The notes: generated from the sequence alone by a model not told the origin. Shown: positions 1 through 10,792, numbered from the stretch's first letter. The stretch is 64,000 nt of DNA from Candidatus Latescibacterota bacterium (GCA_965200315.1 OZ241362.1:2720001-2784000), one strand, 5' to 3'. Program-made: numbers and translations.

Positions 1-719
1 AGTAAATCGGCGGATCCCTCATTGGCTTGCGGACGGGGTATGCGGCTGCCAGTGTGGGGAGGTGGGAGAGCCTCGGGCAGCAAGTCCTTAGCGAGAATCT
101 CTTGAAAAAGGAGCGCGTTGAGCCATATCAGGGCGCAGGCAGCCGATGGGTCGCTGTCTTTCTCGATTTGCCGTAGGCTAGGTGCTCGCGCCAGCGTTTC
201 GGCGGCAGTGGCGATGGCCTGCGAGGCCATGTCCACCACGTCTTGAATGTTCACGGCCGGGCTAGTGTGGACCCAAAAATTGTGCAGTGTCTCAGCCAAG
301 TCCCGGACGCTGCCGGTTTGCACCTGCCCCCATTCGATAGCTTGGGTGCTATCGGAACGAATGCCTTGGGTAAAAGCAAGCTCGCGGGTATTGGCGAGCT
401 CATCAGCAGCATCGCTTTCAGGGATGCGCTGCATGGATTCTGGATAGGCCACAGTGAATGCGCTTGTGACCGGCAGGCCGCGCCAGTATAGCGGGCTTAG
501 TTGGAGGCGTTTGCTAGCATCATCGCGCACCGAACTCGCCGGTGCGAACTCGGCTTCTAAAGCGATGGCGTCATCGTCCAACTCTATGAAGACATCAATC
601 TGATGGTGTTTGCCCGAGGCGTCGCGTACTCGTTGTTCGCTTTCTGCTTCGAGGCCCATGCGCCGCAAGAGGTGGGCAAGATGGGTATTGAGGGTCGGTT
701 CAGTCGTGTTGCCGATCAT
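1..719 (-). CDS. Partial (runs off left edge) putative type IIG restriction-modification enzyme, N-terminal nuclease region
   Basis: Not in ORF track. Manual translation from ATG 719 (RBS AAGGA upstream) is open to the window edge: MIGNTTEPTLNTHLAHLL...QIDVFIELDDDAIALEAEF...ACALIWLNALLFQEIL. It has a PD-(D/E)xK-like ID..E-x-E motif, and the pattern resembles N-termini of fused REase-N6 MTase proteins. The MTase part is not visible. Confidence 0.5.
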   Translation of the reverse strand, partial: MIGNTTEPTLNTHLAHLLRRMGLEAESEQRVRDASGKHHQIDVFIELDDDAIALEAEFAPASSVRDDASKRLQLSPLYWRGLPVTSAFTVAYPESMQRIPESDAADELANTRELAFTQGIRSDSTQAIEWGQVQTGSVRDLAETLHNFWVHTSPAVNIQDVVDMASQAIATAAETLARAPSLRQIEKDSDPSAACALIWLNALLFQEILAKDLLPEALPPPHTGSRIPRPQANEGSADL

Positions 720-779
720 GGTTTGGATTCCTTTCAAAGAAATTCAACCGGGGCATCTATCGGTGGCAATACTTCGAGG

Positions 780-893
780 ATAGCCATAATACTCATAATG
801 ACTCAAACGATTCGATTTGCGGATCGTCTTGTGCATACTATTCTGCGTCTGTCTGCGTTTATCTGTGGACCATCTTGCGAATAGATTGCTATA
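780..893. mobile_element. MITE-like repeat, family with TATAGCAATC-type termini
   Basis: Ends ATAGCCAT...GATTGCTATA. Internal 798-860 aligns closely with the reverse complement of ~54560-54630. Confidence 0.55.
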
Positions 894-1011
894 ATTCCCC
901 AAATTCTCCGTAGTCAATTCAATCTCAGACGGAATGGATATACGCCAAGGGTAGCACTCCTGTCTGTTAGAGACGAGGTAAGTAGGTCATCATTCCGGTT
1001 AGCCGGTTGCC

Positions 1012-2529
1012 CTAGGTAGCCAGCGGTGCGCCGCCGGGTATGGCAATAGAGATCGGCGATTTTGCGTACCGGGAGCGGCAGGCAGTGAAATCGGCGTTGC
1101 GGTACTCGCCTAGGTGAATGAATCCCGCAATGCGGTCTTCCGCCGCGCGGCCGGCAAATAGGAAGGGGATGGTATCGCCCGGGCGACTCACTTGGCTGCG
1201 CAACTTTACCTGATCGCCTTCGATGACGCCGGCGATTTGCTGCTGGGAAAAATCGCTTATATGGGTGCCGCCGATCCAATGCCCCTCCTGCTCGAGGAAT
1301 AGCTGGTGCTGGCTGCTGCTGCTCGAATAGTTGATGGTGAGGTCCCAAGAACCGCTGACGTCGGTTGCTGGCGGGACTAGCTCGGTTGATTGAGGACTCC
1401 GTTGCGCCGATAAGATGCGGTGAATCCGGTCGGCGACCACTGAGTCGTTGCCCGGCTGCATCTGGTTGGGCGTGATGCCGATGGAGGTGCGGCCGTTGGC
1501 ACCGCCGCTGGCCACGGCGATGCGGGGTTTGTTGCGAGCGAAATCCTCGGCGACCTCGGCACCGGTAATGTGCAAGGCCGCTGGGTCCCAACTGATGGTG
1601 AGGACCGGGGCGCGGTTGGACAAGCCGGTGGGTTCGTTGACCTCGGTCGATACGCTGTCGATGCCGCGCACCCGCTGGGCGATATGGTCGAGATAGGACA
1701 GCCAAGTCTGCCATTCGGCGGCGTGGTCGCGGCGCACCCACGCTTCCACGGCCGCCAGCATCCCCATGATCTCTTCCTTGCCGATTTTATCGTCGCGTCC
1801 CGGCCCGTGATGCGGCGAACTGAATTGCCACGCCGACTGGAGCAGGGCTTTGTCGCCCAGTACCAAGCCGGCGCACTGGGGGCCGCACAGAGCTTTGCCG
1901 CCGCTGTAGGCCACGACGGTGGCCCCCCTTTGCAAGTGGACATTGGGAATGGTGAGGTTTTCGGCCGCGGAGTCGGCGAGGATGGGGATTTTGTGTGGGC
2001 GGGCCACGTCGGCAATGACCTCTAGGGAAAGCGGCTGGGCGGTGGCGGAGCCAGCTCCCGTGGTTATGTAGATCATGGCGGTGCGGGGATTGATGGCTCG
2101 CTCCAATTCGGCTCGGGTCTCGACCATGACGATTTCGACGCCGATGCTGCGCACGGCGTGGTCGTAGGCGTTGCGTGCATACCGGGGGATGATGACTTGG
2201 GTTTTGTCCAAGCCGGTCAAATCCGGGATGCGGATCAGTTTTTCGGGATTGCCGCCGGTGACGCAAGCTGCGGTGATGTGCTTGAGGCCAGCGGCGCAAC
2301 CCGCTGGAATCAGGCCCCAGTCCGCTCCGGTGATTTCAGCGAGTCTTTGGCCGACGGCTTCGGCCAGTTCGTCGTACTGGACGAAGTAGCCCGAGGCCGC
2401 TTCCATGGCCGCCACCACTTCGGGGAGTTCGACCGAGCCGCCGATGATGGTAAACGTGCCGCGGCAGTTGATGATGGGTTCGACGCCGATGGCTTGGTAT
2501 ATGTTTTGGTTGCTGGGGTCCAACGTCAT
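1012..2529 (-). CDS. SelA-like PLP-dependent enzyme (L-seryl-tRNA(Sec) selenium transferase family) with extra C-terminal domain
   Basis: 505 aa. Motifs INCRGTFTIIGGS, DSAAE and YSGGKALCGPQCAGL (PLP lysine). Confidence 0.8.
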   Translation of the reverse strand: MTLDPSNQNIYQAIGVEPIINCRGTFTIIGGSVELPEVVAAMEAASGYFVQYDELAEAVGQRLAEITGADWGLIPAGCAAGLKHITAACVTGGNPEKLIRIPDLTGLDKTQVIIPRYARNAYDHAVRSIGVEIVMVETRAELERAINPRTAMIYITTGAGSATAQPLSLEVIADVARPHKIPILADSAAENLTIPNVHLQRGATVVAYSGGKALCGPQCAGLVLGDKALLQSAWQFSSPHHGPGRDDKIGKEEIMGMLAAVEAWVRRDHAAEWQTWLSYLDHIAQRVRGIDSVSTEVNEPTGLSNRAPVLTISWDPAALHITGAEVAEDFARNKPRIAVASGGANGRTSIGITPNQMQPGNDSVVADRIHRILSAQRSPQSTELVPPATDVSGSWDLTINYSSSSSQHQLFLEQEGHWIGGTHISDFSQQQIAGVIEGDQVKLRSQVSRPGDTIPFLFAGRAAEDRIAGFIHLGEYRNADFTACRSRYAKSPISIAIPGGAPLAT

Positions 2530-2572
2530 GCGAGCCTCCCTTGTGGATTGTGTCTGAGCAAACTTGTAAAGG

Positions 2573-3412
2573 TCAGGTCCGGCCCCAGATGCGGGCGGCT
2601 GTACCGCCTAGCATCTGGTCTTTTTCGCGCTGGCTGAGAAAGTCGAAACCCTCCTGCACTAGGCGCAACTCTTCGGCCAAGGTCGGCCAGTTGTGCTTGG
2701 TGCGGTGGTGCCCCGGATAACCAGTGCCCCACAGCATCCGCTCGGCCCCAAAGGCGTGGTGCAGGCGCTGGATGAAGGGATGCACGTCGGCATAGGGGAA
2801 ATTTTCTCGCGAGCGGCCGTGGACATCCGATATTTTCACCGCCACGTTGTCGAAATTAGCTAGCTCGACAATGGGCTGAAAAGCCTCGGCTCGCTCGTCG
2901 AGGTTGGGATAGCCCATGTGGTCCAATAGCAGGGGTAGCTGCGGATGGCGGCGAGCGATTTCAGCTACTTGATCGGCGCAAGCGGCGTTGAGGTGGAACT
3001 GGATGACAGCGCCCATGGCGTCGAGGGCTTCCCACAAGGGACGGTTCTGGGGCGTGGTCAGGACTTTTTCGTCCGGGTAGTACATGGGATGGAAGCGGAA
3101 ACCGACCAAGCCGCGTTCCTCCAGCCAGTAGCGCGCCTGATCGGCGTTGTCTGGATTTTGCGGGTCGAGCATGCCGTGGCCGATGAAGCGGTCGGGGAAG
3201 CGGGCCTGCGAATCGGCGATATAGCCGTTGTCCCAAGTGGACCAGCTAGTCTGCACCAAGACGCTGCGATCAACGCCGTTTTGGTCCATGTCCTCTATAA
3301 GCTCGTCGGCGGTAGCCGGTTCGTCCGGCTTGGAGGTCCAGTCCGGGGCAGTGGGGCCGATGGGGTATTTCTCGGACATTTCCCAGATGTGTACGTGGGT
3401 ATCGACGATCAT
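2573..3412 (-). CDS. Amidohydrolase_2 family protein
   Basis: 279 aa. N-terminal DTHVH metal motif, LLLDHMG and LWGTGYP. Confidence 0.85.
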   Translation of the reverse strand: MIVDTHVHIWEMSEKYPIGPTAPDWTSKPDEPATADELIEDMDQNGVDRSVLVQTSWSTWDNGYIADSQARFPDRFIGHGMLDPQNPDNADQARYWLEERGLVGFRFHPMYYPDEKVLTTPQNRPLWEALDAMGAVIQFHLNAACADQVAEIARRHPQLPLLLDHMGYPNLDERAEAFQPIVELANFDNVAVKISDVHGRSRENFPYADVHPFIQRLHHAFGAERMLWGTGYPGHHRTKHNWPTLAEELRLVQEGFDFLSQREKDQMLGGTAARIWGRT

Positions 3413-3429
3413 GGACGGTTCCCTTTAAG

Positions 3430-3867
3430 ATACCCCAGTGGTGCAGCAATTCCATAGCGGCATAGTAATGCGACTCGTCGTTGGTCCCGGCTAGATAGAT
3501 GCGGTTGTTTTGGTGCTGGGCGATGATGGCGTCGCTGCGCAGGACGGGCCGGGGCTTTTGCAAGGCTTGCAGGCGCGGCCCTAAGGATGGTTCCGCTTTG
3601 AGGGCGGCTTGGCCCACCAAAATGAGCGGGGAGGCTTCGGTCAGGGCCTGCTCTTAGAGAGTCGGCCCGGTCAATGAGCGGTAGGCGGGGCCCGCTCATC
3701 TCCGCGATATAGCGCACCAAGTCGCGGGCGGCGCGGCGCTCCCACTCGCCGGCTTCGGGGTGGACGCCAATGCGGGCTCGGCTCTGTCCCTGCTCGACGA
3801 TAGTGAGTCGGGCGGCGGCATGGGCTTGGCTGAGCAAGAGCAGGCACAAGGTTAGCGCAAGGTGCAT
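3430..3867 (-). pseudogene. Truncated, frameshifted N-terminus of a secreted DUF4838/glycoside-hydrolase-like protein
   Basis: Signal peptide plus AARDLVRYIAEMSG in one frame. It continues as LVGQAAL...IYLAGTNDESHYYAAMELLHHWG in another frame, then breaks off at the next gene. Confidence 0.55.
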
Positions 3868-4436
3868 GTTCTACTCCCAGCGGATTCAGACCAAAGCCTC
3901 TCAAACACCAAACATCCATCGTCGGCTTCTTTGAGTGCGAATACGTCTGGATTCGATAGAGATTCCCATCCATCGTAGCCGAAATTAGGGTCCAGTGAGT
4001 TCAGGATCAGACTCAAGAGGTTGCCATGGGCTACCGCAATTGGAAGCCGGTGGCCACCGTCGAATAGCTCGGTTATGGCAGCCCAGCCGCGGTCTAACAC
4101 TTCGCGTGCCGACTCGCCGCCCGGCAGCCGCAAATCCAAGTCTCCGAATGAGTCGCGGACCACCGTGCGCCAGTTGTCAATCGGACTCCCCGAAAGCGTC
4201 CGTTCAACCAAGCGGCGATCCAAGTGAACGGGTAATCCCGCTATGGCGGCAAACGGCTCAATGCTTTGCTGGGCCCGCGTGTAGGGACTGGTGACGATCA
4301 TGTCGATTGGATAGCTAGACAAGAAACCAGCGAGTGCTTCCGCCTGATGTAGCCCAATCTCTGTCAGGGCCGCATCCGGGTCTTGTTCTGAGGCCTGACA
4401 ATGCCTGATCAGCAGCAATTGGCGCACCGTTTTCAC
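3852..4436 (-). CDS. Histidine phosphatase (phosphoglycerate mutase) family protein
   Basis: LLIRHC, SPYTRAQQS, LPGGES and VAHG motifs. The start is uncertain (GTG 4436 or 4427). Confidence 0.85.
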   Translation of the reverse strand: MKTVRQLLLIRHCQASEQDPDAALTEIGLHQAEALAGFLSSYPIDMIVTSPYTRAQQSIEPFAAIAGLPVHLDRRLVERTLSGSPIDNWRTVVRDSFGDLDLRLPGGESAREVLDRGWAAITELFDGGHRLPIAVAHGNLLSLILNSLDPNFGYDGWESLSNPDVFALKEADDGCLVFERLWSESAGSRTCTLR

Positions 4437-4467
4437 TGATTGTTTAACGTGCAAAAGATAGAGATTC

Positions 4468-5037
4468 CTAGCGCCCAACCATAGCGACGAAATAGCGATG
4501 TAGGCTCAAATCGCCGGTCAGTTCAGGATGGAACGAGGCGACGAGCACTTGGCCTTGGTGCGCCACGACCACATCGTCGCCGCAGGTGGCCAGTGCCGCG
4601 ACCCCATTGCCCAATCGCGCGATGCGGGGCGCACGGATAAAGATCATCGGCAAGGATCGCGGTGCCCCATCCGCCACCCAAACGCCCGTCCCCTCAAAGC
4701 TATTGGCTTGGCGGCCATAGCTGTTGCGCTCGACGTCGATATCGATCAGGCCGAGGGACTTCTGAGCTGGATTGGAGACGCCTTTGGCCAACAGGATCAT
4801 CCCGGCGCAGGTGCCAAAAATGGGATTGCCGGCCGCGGCGAAATCCCTCAGCGGGGCCCAAAAATCCCAAGAATCCATGAGCTTAATGAGCGTCGTGCTC
4901 TCGCCGCCGGGAAAGATAAGGCCGTCAACTGCTGACAACTGCTCTGGCTTTTTGACCACGCGGGACTCGACCGCCAAGGCGTCGAGCATTTTGCCGTGGG
5001 CCGCGTAGTCGCCCTGCAATCCCAAAATTCCAATCAT
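4468..5037 (-). CDS. pdxT: Pyridoxal 5'-phosphate synthase glutaminase subunit
   Basis: GILGLQG, PGGESTT, GTCAGMIL, RNSYGRQ and FHPE motifs. Adjacent to pdxS. Confidence 0.96.
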   Translation of the reverse strand: MIGILGLQGDYAAHGKMLDALAVESRVVKKPEQLSAVDGLIFPGGESTTLIKLMDSWDFWAPLRDFAAAGNPIFGTCAGMILLAKGVSNPAQKSLGLIDIDVERNSYGRQANSFEGTGVWVADGAPRSLPMIFIRAPRIARLGNGVAALATCGDDVVVAHQGQVLVASFHPELTGDLSLHRYFVAMVGR

Positions 5038-5063
5038 CGCTTATATCTTGTATCATAAAATTA

Positions 5064-5097
5064 CCCCGTCCCTGACAGAGCAGAGACGGGGCATTTT
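5064..5097 (-). terminator. Possible intrinsic terminator/attenuating hairpin between pdxS and pdxT
   Basis: Inverted repeat CCCCGTC...GACGGGG followed by a T-rich tract on the minus strand. Confidence 0.45.
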
Positions 5098-5119
5098 CCG
5101 TTTGCATCTGTGCGGCGTC

Positions 5120-6031
5120 CTACCAGCCGCGAGTTTGTAGTTTGTCCTTCTCTTCGAGGGTGTCGATGTTGATGCCGACCATGGCCTCGCCGAGGTTTTC
5201 AGAGACGCGGATTAGGACCTCTGGGTCGTCGTAGTGGGTGGTGGCCTCGACGATGGCTTTGGCGCGGATGGCCGGGTCGCCGGACTTAAATATCCCGGAG
5301 CCGACGAAAATGGCCTCGGCCCCGAGTTGCATCATCAGCGAGGCATCGGCAGGTGTAGCGACGCCGCCAGCGGCAAAATTGGGCACTGGCAGCTTGCCGT
5401 GCTCGGCGATCCAGCAGACCAGTTCATAAGGTGCGCCTAGGTCTTTGGCCGCCGTCATTAGCTGCTCGGGACGCAACACGGTCAGCCGGCGGATCTCATC
5501 GGTAACTGAGCGCATGTGGCGCACGGCCTCGACGATGTTGCCCGAGCCAGCCTCGCCCTTGGTGCGGATCATGGCCGCGCCCTCGCCAATCCGCCGCAGG
5601 GCCTCGCCGAGGTTGCGGCAGCCGCAGACGAAAGGCACCTCAAAGGCGAACTTATCGACGTGATAGTGCTCGTCGGCCGGGGTCAGGACCTCGCTTTCGT
5701 CGACGTAGTCGATCCCGAGGGCTTGGAGCATCTGCGCTTCGGCAAAGTGGCCAATGCGGCATTTGGCCATGACCGGAATGGAAGTCGCCTCCATGATCTG
5801 GCGCAGCTTCTCAATGCTCGACATGCGCGACACGCCGCCTTCCGCACGGATGTCGGCGGGCACTCTTTCCAGTGCCATGACCGAGGCGGCCCCAGCGTCT
5901 TCGGCGATCTTAGCTTGGTCGGCGGTGACGACGTCCATGATGACCCCGCCCTTGAGCATTTCGGCGAGGCCGGTCTTGAGGCGCAGGGTGCCAGTCTGGC
6001 CATTTTGTCCATTGGTATGCATCTCGCTCAT
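5120..6031 (-). CDS. pdxS: Pyridoxal 5'-phosphate synthase lyase subunit
   Basis: [36 protein letters not shown] and [12 protein letters not shown] motifs. Confidence 0.97.
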   Translation of the reverse strand: MSEMHTNGQNGQTGTLRLKTGLAEMLKGGVIMDVVTADQAKIAEDAGAASVMALERVPADIRAEGGVSRMSSIEKLRQIMEATSIPVMAKCRIGHFAEAQMLQALGIDYVDESEVLTPADEHYHVDKFAFEVPFVCGCRNLGEALRRIGEGAAMIRTKGEAGSGNIVEAVRHMRSVTDEIRRLTVLRPEQLMTAAKDLGAPYELVCWIAEHGKLPVPNFAAGGVATPADASLMMQLGAEAIFVGSGIFKSGDPAIRAKAIVEATTHYDDPEVLIRVSENLGEAMVGINIDTLEEKDKLQTRGW

Positions 6032-6174
6032 AGCGCAATCTCCTTTAGTTTCAATCCGCTCCCCGCCGAAACGAGGGGAGACTTATTCATTATCTGTTGC
6101 GCCGCTGCAGGATAACAGTGCCCTAAAAACATATTCCAAAACATCCCCCCACGCAATTTTTGCCGAGGGCAAAA

Positions 6175-7614
6175 TCAGGCCCCGCGCAGGCTCTGCCAAT
6201 AGGTGCGGCAGAGGTCGCGGGCGAAGAGGAAGAGGGCGGCTAAGGTCGCACCGACGCCGAGGACCGCACCGACTACGAGGACGGCGAGCGGGGACCAAGT
6301 CAACTGGGGGCGGGCCAACAGGAGAACGATGAAGACGCAGGCGACCACCAAACCGGGGCGGCTGAGCGCGGCGAGATAGGTTGCAAAAGGCAGGCCGATC
6401 AAGCGGTTGACGAGATACTGCGAAAGCAGCAAGAACAGCAAGGCAGCGGCAGCGATGACGCTGGCCACGCCTTCGATGCCACGCGGCAGGCCATAGAAGT
6501 ACAGGGCCGGGATCAGCACCCCCATGCTAAAGAGCGACCAGTAGAAAGACCAGTTGGCCTTGCCTTTGGCCATAAAAATCGAGCCGACCAAAGTGCTGGC
6601 GACCTTCAAAAGCGTGGCGGCGGCTAACAGGCGCAGCACCATCCACATCGGCTCGGCGTTGACCAAGGCGGCAATCTCCGGCGCGAAGACGAATATCCCC
6701 GCGAGGACCGGACCCAGCGCGAGCACTAAGCCCTGCACTGAGGACAAATAGCCGCGGCGCAGAAGCGAGTCGTCGGCCACGATCGTCGAAAAGGTTGGGA
6801 AGGAGACGCGCTGGATGGTCGTGGCCAGCCGGGTCAAAGGCTGCAAGGTCAATCGTTCGGCCAAGCTGTAATAGGCTTGGGCCGTGGCCCCCAGCGGTAC
6901 AAAGATGAATAAATAAGCGATCTTGGTATTGAGCAGGGCCACCACGCGCGCGCCCGTGAGATTTAGCGCAAAGCCAAGAATCTGGCGCAGTGCTTGGGGC
7001 CGAAAGCGCAGACGCGGAAGCCAGCGGGCCGAAAGCGCGAGGCTGCTGAAAAGACCTAGTTCGCGCACGACCGAGCCGATGACCGGGACCAAGACGCCGA
7101 GTTCGGGGCGCCAGAAAAGCAGCAGCGTCACTGCGAAGGCAAAGGTCAGGACCGAAACGAGCTCGGAGAGGGCCACGGCGCGAAAGTCGAGATCGCGCTG
7201 CAATCTGGCCCGCAACAGGCCCGCCAATGAGGCGCAGGGGATCGTCAGGCAGAGTGTGCGCAGGACTCGGCCGAAGGTGTGCGGGTCTTCGCCCCCTAAA
7301 AAAGGAGCGAGCCAAGAGGCGGCGGCAACGACTGCGGCGGTGAGCAGCAGTCCCCAGCTCAAACAAGTCCAAAAGGCCGTGTCGAAGTGCTCCTCGCCCG
7401 CGCCCGGTAGCTGGACCAGGGCCGCGCCCAGACCCAAGTCGCCGACCAGCGATAGGAGCATCACCAAGGCCAGGACCCACTCAAAATGGCCCAACTCGTC
7501 GAGTGGCAAGAGCTTGTAGAGTGCCAGCATGACGCCGAGCTGGATAACGGAGGCACTGCCATTCCAGAGAAAACCGCGCAGGGCGCGCGTGGCCAGGGAG
7601 AGCGAGGCGCTCAC
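6175..7614 (-). CDS. Oligosaccharide flippase (Wzx/WzxC-like) family protein
   Basis: 479 aa multi-TM protein. DLGLGAALVQ and VSFPTFS motifs typical of polysaccharide exporters. Confidence 0.8.
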   Translation of the reverse strand: MSASLSLATRALRGFLWNGSASVIQLGVMLALYKLLPLDELGHFEWVLALVMLLSLVGDLGLGAALVQLPGAGEEHFDTAFWTCLSWGLLLTAAVVAAASWLAPFLGGEDPHTFGRVLRTLCLTIPCASLAGLLRARLQRDLDFRAVALSELVSVLTFAFAVTLLLFWRPELGVLVPVIGSVVRELGLFSSLALSARWLPRLRFRPQALRQILGFALNLTGARVVALLNTKIAYLFIFVPLGATAQAYYSLAERLTLQPLTRLATTIQRVSFPTFSTIVADDSLLRRGYLSSVQGLVLALGPVLAGIFVFAPEIAALVNAEPMWMVLRLLAAATLLKVASTLVGSIFMAKGKANWSFYWSLFSMGVLIPALYFYGLPRGIEGVASVIAAAALLFLLLSQYLVNRLIGLPFATYLAALSRPGLVVACVFIVLLLARPQLTWSPLAVLVVGAVLGVGATLAALFLFARDLCRTYWQSLRGA

Positions 7615-7627
7615 AGGCTAGGTAGCT

Positions 7628-9529
7628 TTACGACGCTTCGACGCACGCTTTGGCGATGCGGCCCTGCTTGCCGAAGATATTGACCGCCCGCGCTTCGAGC
7701 AGGTTTTCGCCCTCGGCGAGCGTCCACTCAAAGCGAGCCTCGCGCTCCTCGCGCCACGGGCCGCCGTCTTGGCGCACCAAGAAGTGCGAGAAGTTGGGCG
7801 CGGTGTGCTCTAGATCGACTTGCAGCGTACGCGCCTTTTCCGCCACTTGGAGGTAGAGCCGCGTCTGGTTGACCGACCAGTAGAAGTCTCCGGTGCGAGA
7901 GGTCTGCAAGGAGTATTCGGCGTAGCGGGGATCGACGTCGTCCGACCACCACAGATAGCCATCCCAGTGGTACTGCCCAGCGCCGTGGCGCAGCTCGGCC
8001 GGCTCGGCGAAGATCAAGTGCGTGTTGCGCAGCGGAATGCCGAAGCGGCAGAAGACGTCGATATAGCTGGACATGGGCTCGACGACCTTTTGCGGCAGCT
8101 TGTTGGCCATGATTTTTTCGCGCCGTTCGTCGGCCGCGGCCTCGTGCAGCTCTAGGGCGTTGATGGGTACGCCGTCGATTTCGTAGGTGGCGTCGAATTC
8201 GCGGGTCGGCCCGGCGTCTTCGAGGATCCACTTTTGCAACTGTTCGCACCAGACCTCGGCCAAGCAGTGGTGATCGACGATGACCGAGCGGGCCACCCAC
8301 CCCAAAGACGAGGCGCAGCCGGCGAACACCGCCCCGTAGTGGGTACACATGCCGAAGCCCCAGTCGCCCTTGGTGGTGTCGAGGACTTCGAGGGGATTCC
8401 AAGAGGGGCAGTGGGGATATTTGTCGGATTGCCAGCCCAGCCATTGGCTGTGGACCCAGTCGCGCAAAAGGGCTAGCTGTTCGAGTTCGGTTTTGCCCGC
8501 GGCGATGACTTCGTCGAGGCGATACTGCTTGCGCAGCCGCTCTTGGTGCGGGTGCGGCCCCATGTAGGCGAAGGGGTACGAGCTGTACACGAGCTGGGGC
8601 TGGTCGAACTCTGCCCGCTGGAAGGGCGCGAGGCTTTGGGCGTCTTCCTCGATATCGGCTTCGAGCGTGACGGCTTGGAGGGTTGGGGTCTTGTTGGCCG
8701 CGCCGGTTTCGAGGATGGCGCGCCACTGCACGAAGCGCCCGGGCCACTGCAAGGCGGTGCATCGTTCCCAAGCCGTCCAAGTGCGCGGGTCAAAGGAAGG
8801 CGTCGGACCCGTGCGCAGCTCGAAGTGTATCTGGGTTTCCTGCGGCTGGCGCATCCGCGCCTTCAGGTGCAGGCGGCGAATGCCCATCCGCGGAGCAATG
8901 CGGCCATTGCCGTCTTCGTCGGCGAGGTCGATGACCGGCGAGCAGAGCGTCCCTTGGGGCGGATGTCCCTTGACGCGCAGCCTCACCAGATATTCGCCTT
9001 CAATGGCCCGGGCTTCGCCCAAGGTGCCTTGGTGCCAAGTCTTGCCGCCGTCAAAGCTACGGCTCGAACGGCTTGGGGGCGTGTCGGCTAGACCGCCTAG
9101 GAAGGGGTCAATGTGCAACACGCCGCTGTGCGAGAAGATGAATTCGTTGGTGCCTTCTTTGAGGTATTTGGCGGCGATTTTCTTGCGGTCCCAACCGCCA
9201 GTGAGCATGCGCTCGCGGTCTTGGCGGTGGGTGAGGACGTGGCCATTGACTTGGAGCCGCATGGGTTTGTCGGCGGTGGATTTGTCGGCGGTGGATTTGT
9301 CGGCGTTGACGTAAAAGAGCAGTTCGGCTCCTTTGGTCTTGGCCGAGGAGATGTCGAATTCGACCTTTGCGCAGAGAGCGGGAGAGAGTTCCTCGCAAAT
9401 GTCGCCGTCAACGCCCATTTCGTTGGTGAGCATATAGGTGGGGGCGAGACGGGCGGCGGGAGTGGTTTGGGCGTCGATGAAGCGGTCGCGGCGATAGTCG
9501 CGGAAGTCGGCGGTGGTGATGCGTTTCAT
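7628..9529 (-). CDS. Transglutaminase-like domain protein
   Basis: 633 aa. Cys-His-Asp-like triad: GMCTHYG, HCLAEVW, WILED. Confidence 0.65.
   Translation of the reverse strand: MKRITTADFRDYRRDRFIDAQTTPAARLAPTYMLTNEMGVDGDICEELSPALCAKVEFDISSAKTKGAELLFYVNADKSTADKSTADKPMRLQVNGHVLTHRQDRERMLTGGWDRKKIAAKYLKEGTNEFIFSHSGVLHIDPFLGGLADTPPSRSSRSFDGGKTWHQGTLGEARAIEGEYLVRLRVKGHPPQGTLCSPVIDLADEDGNGRIAPRMGIRRLHLKARMRQPQETQIHFELRTGPTPSFDPRTWTAWERCTALQWPGRFVQWRAILETGAANKTPTLQAVTLEADIEEDAQSLAPFQRAEFDQPQLVYSSYPFAYMGPHPHQERLRKQYRLDEVIAAGKTELEQLALLRDWVHSQWLGWQSDKYPHCPSWNPLEVLDTTKGDWGFGMCTHYGAVFAGCASSLGWVARSVIVDHHCLAEVWCEQLQKWILEDAGPTREFDATYEIDGVPINALELHEAAADERREKIMANKLPQKVVEPMSSYIDVFCRFGIPLRNTHLIFAEPAELRHGAGQYHWDGYLWWSDDVDPRYAEYSLQTSRTGDFYWSVNQTRLYLQVAEKARTLQVDLEHTAPNFSHFLVRQDGGPWREEREARFEWTLAEGENLLEARAVNIFGKQGRIAKACVEAS
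9262..9305. repeat. 15-bp in-frame tandem repeat (ADKST units)
   Basis: GGTGGATTTGTCGGC occurs twice plus a partial unit, encoding ADKSTADKSTADKP. Confidence 0.8.
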
Positions 9530-9760
9530 GGAAGGCTCCTGAGTGGGGGTCTAGGCGGGGAATGTAGGGGGTGAGTCGGGGTGGGGCAAACAAGACCTTA
9601 TGAGGGTCAAGAAAGGCTCTATATTTGGCCCTTGTCAACGACCAAGCAGCCCTTCCTGTCGGTTTGCTTACGGGACTCTTCTCAGAACTTCCGTCTTTTT
9701 CGCATTAATCGGCCTCGTTTTCTCGTCGCTGGCGGTGGCCCAGGCGTCGCCCTCGCCCAC

Positions 9761-9943
9761 CGCTATAGCAATCCTATCTCATTCGTGCGATGCGGCACCT
9801 CGCTGGGTGCGCGGGCGTCTCGCCCGCAGGCCAGCGGCCGGCCCCCCCAAGGACGCACACATGGACCACCAAGCACCGGCGGGGCCCAGGCGACGAGAGC
9901 ACAATCCGGCAAGCGGCGCAAGTCAGGTAGGCTTGCTATAGCG
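9761..9943. mobile_element. MITE with 16-bp terminal inverted repeats and an internal REP-like palindrome
   Basis: CGCTATAGCAATCCTA (9761-9776) vs TAGGCTTGCTATAGCG (9928-9943), 1 mismatch. Internal palindrome GCGGGCGTCTCGCCCGC at 9811-9827. Confidence 0.7.
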
Positions 9944-10653
9944 GCCATCAGAAGCACTTTTACCGCGCCCATCGGGCGGCTTGGCGGGTCGGTCGCGTCG
10001 CCTAAGCGCGTGGCGTATTTCGAGGGCATCCTGCCCTCGATACCGGGGGGTTGCGCCGGGGACTCGACCGAACCAGGTGCGCTCCTGCGCGCCGCGCCCG
10101 TCGTGTCGGATTGCTTAGCGTACATTTCTGCTTGCCGTTCGATTACGAGCAGTGGCGGCGCGATAACCCCCTCCCTGCTGGCAAGCGGCTAGCCGATTGG
10201 AACTGGAACGCAGGCGAACCGCGCACGGTGCGGATGATCTACTTCCTGCCCAACGACCGGCCGTATAGCACCGATGAATTGGCAGCATGCCGCGGATTGA
10301 ACGGCGAGAAAGAAGCAGTCGTCGAATTCGAGTATGACGTCTCGATTCCCCTTTTTCGTCGGGCTCCTGTACCTACAGTACATACCCTGTATGTCCGTGT
10401 AGTCGATTCGGATGGGGAGACGACCCAGGCGAGTCATACTATTCCCATCTCAATCGTCGCTGGCCAGTCGTTAAAAATGATGAACCACTATGATAGCATT
10501 AAGGAAGTCCGCACTATGCGCGAACAATTGGCGGCACAACACAGCTATAACGTTCGAGCCTTGTTTGCGGCAGCAAGAAAGCGAGCGGAAGGTCGTTAAA
10601 TTGGTGCCTAAGCCAGTGGAAGCCGTTTTAACTCCCTTTAGCTTCGCTATGAA

Positions 10654-10792
10654 ATGACCCGAGGCAGCGATAAGGTATTTGAGGATATCGGTTTTGAGCG
10701 GGAAGAAGCGGCGAGCCTAAAAGTCCGGGCTGATTTAATGCTCAACCTAAAAAAGTACATCGAAACTAGAGGATGGACCCAACTCAAGCCGC
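10654..10792 (+). pseudogene. XRE-family HTH antitoxin, 5' half
   Basis: MTRGSDKVFEDIGFEREEAASLKVRADLM...RGWTQ, then it switches to unrelated sequence. Confidence 0.65.

Noticed and set aside
1012-2529. Selenocysteine synthase selA
   Set aside because: Family-level similarity only, with an extra C-terminal domain and no selB/selC/selD context.
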